Source of the DNA: a virus
Direction: 5' to 3' (one strand)
IMG/VR virus record: IMGVR_UViG_2841231794_000007
Length of the DNA stretch: 64,000 bases
The position numbers and the translations under genes are program-made. Under the pieces are notes generated by a model. It ran no database searches, was not told where the DNA came from, and worked only from the letters and a program-made list of their open reading frames with translations. Position 1 is the stretch's first letter. Every line of letters begins with the position of its first letter. This document shows positions 60,684 through 64,000 of this stretch, in pieces.

Positions 60684-61232
60684 ATGCCGATGTTTAAAGT
60701 AACGTGTAAATGGAACGGAAAACCATGGGAAAAGGATATCGAGGCCGAGGATGAGGCCGACTGTACAGAACACATGTATCTGTTCGGTGTACTGATTGGC
60801 AAAGCCGATATTCAAGACCTGCAATTAACTGAGATAAAGGAGAAAAAAACAATGTCAGGGCACCCACATGCAGACCTGATGGCTAAAGCCGCAGAGATAG
60901 CGAAGACGGATAAAGAGTGGTATTCACAATTTCAGCGCTTGATTGGCGGTGAATGGCAGTCCCCTATCGCCGAGTTTGTATTTCTACCTGAAATAGAATA
61001 CCGCATGAAGCCGCGCTATATCGACATTAATGGATATCAGGTTCCAGAACCGGTGCAGGAGTCACTGGAGTACGGAACGGGTTACTGTGTTGTGGATCTC
61101 GATGGTATTGATTATCAACGCTGGTGCGATGATGAAGACGATGAAAATCTACTTAAACAAGGGCGCATTCACCTAACCAGAGAAGCGGCAGAAGCCCACC
61201 GTTCCGCCCTGATCTCTTTCACACAGAAATAA
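60684..61232 (+). CDS. Phage hypothetical protein (possibly a fusion of two ORFs)
   Basis: Internal RBS and ATG at MSGHPHADLM. Confidence 0.55.
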   Translation: MPMFKVTCKWNGKPWEKDIEAEDEADCTEHMYLFGVLIGKADIQDLQLTEIKEKKTMSGHPHADLMAKAAEIAKTDKEWYSQFQRLIGGEWQSPIAEFVFLPEIEYRMKPRYIDINGYQVPEPVQESLEYGTGYCVVDLDGIDYQRWCDDEDDENLLKQGRIHLTREAAEAHRSALISFTQK

Positions 61233-61438
61233 TCCCCCTATCCCACCTCGGGATATCAGCAGGTAAACAACATGAAAACTAAACCTTGTCGCGCTGCGTG
61301 CGGTTCTGACGTGGCGTGCATCTCTATGCCATTTTTACGCCTTGCCCGATGTGCGGCAAGGGTAGCGATATCCACCGGAAAGTCCCGTATTTGGGATCTG
61401 GCCAACCAATTACAGATGAGAGCTTACGGGAGAAAGAT

Positions 61439-61615
61439 ATGTCGCTGATGACCGCAAAACAAAAACACACCAAGGAACAGGTTATTGAGTTGTTCAATCA
61501 GGCTGACATGGATGAAAAGCAGATTGAGCAGATTGTGTCGGAGTGGCGTTGGCGCAGGGAGAACGCTAAAACAAGCCGCATTCTCCATCAATGCAGAATG
61601 AGGCTACCGGCATGA
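61439..61615 (+). CDS. Phage hypothetical protein
   Basis: ORF in pL operon. Confidence 0.45.
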   Translation: MSLMTAKQKHTKEQVIELFNQADMDEKQIEQIVSEWRWRRENAKTSRILHQCRMRLPA

Positions 61616-61776
61616 ACACATACACAATACAGGATGCTCAGGTAGAACGGCAACGGATTGCCGAACAGCGCAGAAAACGAGAGCAGAAAGAAAAGGATGA
61701 TTACTGGTTTCGTGAAAGTGTCGGATTGCCAAACGGACGGGTACCGGCAGAATTTTTAAGCGGAGAATTCACATGA
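61612..61776 (+). CDS. Phage hypothetical protein
   Basis: ATGA-overlap coupling. Confidence 0.5.
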   Translation: MNTYTIQDAQVERQRIAEQRRKREQKEKDDYWFRESVGLPNGRVPAEFLSGEFT

Positions 61777-62135
61777 TGGAATATCCACGCCGCATAGGGA
61801 AACGTTCAGGCTCCGGCGGGACGTATGATGAAAATTATCAACGCGCCCTGAAATCAGCAATTGAGCAAATGGATTTGCAACGGCGGGGAAAGCCAACCAA
61901 GGAACCATCACTGTCAGAGCAACGGATTGCCGAGACACTTCACAACATCTGCCGCATCACCGCCCTTCGCTACCCTCCACTACCTGAGCATATCAAAGCA
62001 GCACGGAAAGCAGCTGAAGCTAAGGTGTGGAGAGAATGGAAAACTAAACATGGAAAAACTACCGGTGTCGGTGGTGTCGATTATTACGGCGGCGGGCGTA
62101 CGGAATCACGCCCCGGCCAGAGATTGGGAGATTAA
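61773..62135 (+). CDS. Phage hypothetical protein
   Basis: ORF coupled upstream of erf. Confidence 0.55.
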   Translation: MMEYPRRIGKRSGSGGTYDENYQRALKSAIEQMDLQRRGKPTKEPSLSEQRIAETLHNICRITALRYPPLPEHIKAARKAAEAKVWREWKTKHGKTTGVGGVDYYGGGRTESRPGQRLGD

Positions 62136-62137
62136 TC

Positions 62138-62752
62138 ATGTCTGAAGTCTATAAGGCAATAAGTGCCGTAGCCAAGGAATTGGCTGAGACAGGCATCAAA
62201 AAAGGGAGCAGGAATTCACAACAGGGGTTTATGTTCAGGGGTATCGACGCTGTATACAACGCCCTTGCCCCAGCGCTGGTTAAGCATGACCTGATTATCC
62301 TTCCTCGCATTATGGAGCGTTCTGTCACGGAGCGACAGACACAAAAAGGCGGCACCTTATTTTATGTCGTGGTGAAGGCTGAGTTTGATTTCATTGCCAC
62401 GAAAGACGGCAGCAAACACACAGTGACCACCTTTGGCGAAGCTATGGATAGCGGGGACAAGGCAACCAACAAAGCAATGTCTATCGCCTATAAATACGCA
62501 GCTTTCCAGGCATTTTGTATTCCCACCGAAGAAACTGCGATTGATGCTGACGCAGAGGTTCACGATGTTGTTCCACGTAATCCAGAGCAGATTTTGGGTG
62601 ACTATACCGAATTTCTTAATGTCACAAGTGACACAAAGATGATTGAGGCTGAATACCGGAAAGTATGGCGAATGCTGAACGGCAGCGACAAGCAGGATGA
62701 GTGTAAACGACTCACCGGCATCAGGATCAACGAACTTAAGCAGGCGGCATAA
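62138..62752 (+). CDS. erf: ERF-family single-strand annealing protein
   Basis: FRGIDAVYNAL...GEAMDSGDKATNKAMSIAYKYA. Confidence 0.88.
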   Translation: MSEVYKAISAVAKELAETGIKKGSRNSQQGFMFRGIDAVYNALAPALVKHDLIILPRIMERSVTERQTQKGGTLFYVVVKAEFDFIATKDGSKHTVTTFGEAMDSGDKATNKAMSIAYKYAAFQAFCIPTEETAIDADAEVHDVVPRNPEQILGDYTEFLNVTSDTKMIEAEYRKVWRMLNGSDKQDECKRLTGIRINELKQAA

Positions 62753-63148
62753 ATGGCAATTAACGTAATTACAGTCAGCGGCAATCTCGGAAAGGATTGT
62801 GAGCAACGATGGACTCCGGCAGGGAAAGCCGTTGCATCGTTCAGCCTACCGGTGAAACAGGGATATGGCGAGCACGAAAAGACATCGTGGGTTACCTGTA
62901 AAATGTTCGGCGCGAAAGCTGAGAAATTGCCAGAACACCTGAAAAAAGGAATGAAGCTGACGGTTACTGGCGAGTTCATCATGGAGGAATGGACAGGTCA
63001 GGATGGCAATAAACGATCAGCGCCGGTGATTATCGTGAACCAGTTGGATTTCAGCAACAATCAGGCAGGAAGCCAGAAGCCGCAGACGCAGCAAGCTCCA
63101 GCACGGAATGAGCCACCGATGGATTTTGACTATGATGTTCCGTTTTAG
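62753..63148 (+). CDS. ssb: Single-stranded DNA-binding protein
   Basis: GNLGKD; acidic C-terminus DFDYDVPF. Confidence 0.92.
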   Translation: MAINVITVSGNLGKDCEQRWTPAGKAVASFSLPVKQGYGEHEKTSWVTCKMFGAKAEKLPEHLKKGMKLTVTGEFIMEEWTGQDGNKRSAPVIIVNQLDFSNNQAGSQKPQTQQAPARNEPPMDFDYDVPF

Positions 63149-63476
63149 GATGAAGCGTAATGCAGGGATGAGCAGGTAGACAAAAGCGTTAAGTTATAAC
63201 ACCACAGAAAGCAGAGAACGGACACAGCCGAATAGCAAGGGATTGCCTGACGGAATTAATGCAGCACACATCAGACGAACAACACACCGCAATACTCGAC
63301 AAATACACACCGAAATTCAAACCACTTAATCACCCGTGCTTTCCTGAGAGGAAAGTGCCCGGGTATTACGTGCGTACGATACAGCAGGAGAATGAAGTAT
63401 GGGGGTTGCAACTAAACCCACTTTAACCAGAGGCAGAGCCCTAACTTTATATTGGCCGACGGTAGACGCCTACCCG

Positions 63477-63827
63477 ATGGATAGCCGTGAAGCCTGTGCC
63501 TTCATGGGAATATCTTACCCTACCCTGAAAAAATGGATTGATTCCGGCAGGCTGTCCGGCTCGAGAAAAGATCCGCTTAAGCCCAAATCGCCGTGGCAGT
63601 TTACCCGTGCAAATTGCATTGCAGCCATCAACTACAAAATGCACAATACGCCGGAAAGCGTGATTAGTGCGGAAGAGGAAAGGATATGTCAATCTTCCGG
63701 AGGGGCGAGATATGGTACGCCAGTTACTCGCACAATGGTAAAAGAATTAAGGAGTCGCTTGGTACAACGGACAAAAAACAAGCGCAGGAGTTGCATGATA
63801 AACGAAAGGCCGAGCTGTGGCGCGTAA
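63477..63827 (+). CDS. xis: Excisionase (P22 Xis-like); start uncertain
   Basis: [12 protein letters not shown]...[10 protein letters not shown]...CIAA; overlaps int start as in P22. Confidence 0.8.
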   Translation: MDSREACAFMGISYPTLKKWIDSGRLSGSRKDPLKPKSPWQFTRANCIAAINYKMHNTPESVISAEEERICQSSGGARYGTPVTRTMVKELRSRLVQRTKNKRRSCMINERPSCGA

Positions 63828-64000
63828 GCTCACTGGGTGAAACTCCGAAGGTTACTTTTGAGGTTGCCTGTACGCGGTGGCTCGAGGAAAAATCAGGCAA
63901 AAAATCTCTTGATGATGATAAAACCAAAATACTGTTTTGGCTCGATCACTTTGAAGGGATGCACCTGGCAGATATTGATGAGATTAAAATCTATGATGCT
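63686..64000 (+). CDS. int: P22-like tyrosine integrase, N-terminus (runs off window)
   Basis: Manual translation [46 protein letters not shown]. Confidence 0.92.
   Translation, partial: MSIFRRGEIWYASYSHNGKRIKESLGTTDKKQAQELHDKRKAELWRVSSLGETPKVTFEVACTRWLEEKSGKKSLDDDKTKILFWLDHFEGMHLADIDEIKIYDA

Noticed and set aside
61272..61448. Kil-like peptide
   Set aside because: Position fits but similarity is too weak to call

Overview
The window holds two tandem temperate prophages, probably from a Morganellaceae host such as Morganella (inferred from cargo: MrpJ-type regulator, LpxP, Usp). They meet at a 50-bp att core matching the 3' part of tRNA-Thr(UGU) (10571-10620). The left element (<1-10620) is a decayed lambdoid remnant with several microhomology deletions and nonsense mutations. 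It has lost Q, the early region, packaging genes and the integrase 5' half, but keeps stress morons (Hsp20, two Usp, Csp, DUF4282) and a Fur-boxed RyhB-like sRNA. The right element (10571->64000) looks essentially complete: P22-like int/xis, ERF/SSB, N-nut, cI/cro/cII, O/DnaC, two tRNAs, nin genes, Q, a Csp-LpxP-PsiE moron block, pinholin/SAR-endolysin/spanins, Blc and MrpJ-like morons, a DUF4055-portal head, a lambda-type tail, a double immI-like region with HEPN-type cargo, and LexA-controlled umuDC. The most unusual signal lies between the tail fibre and umuDC. There, four ungapped 26-bp palindromic repeats in alternating orientation bracket two nuclease-bearing cargo modules like a cassette array: an HNH gene, and a ~1083-aa REase-fold/TPR-like gene split by IS10.
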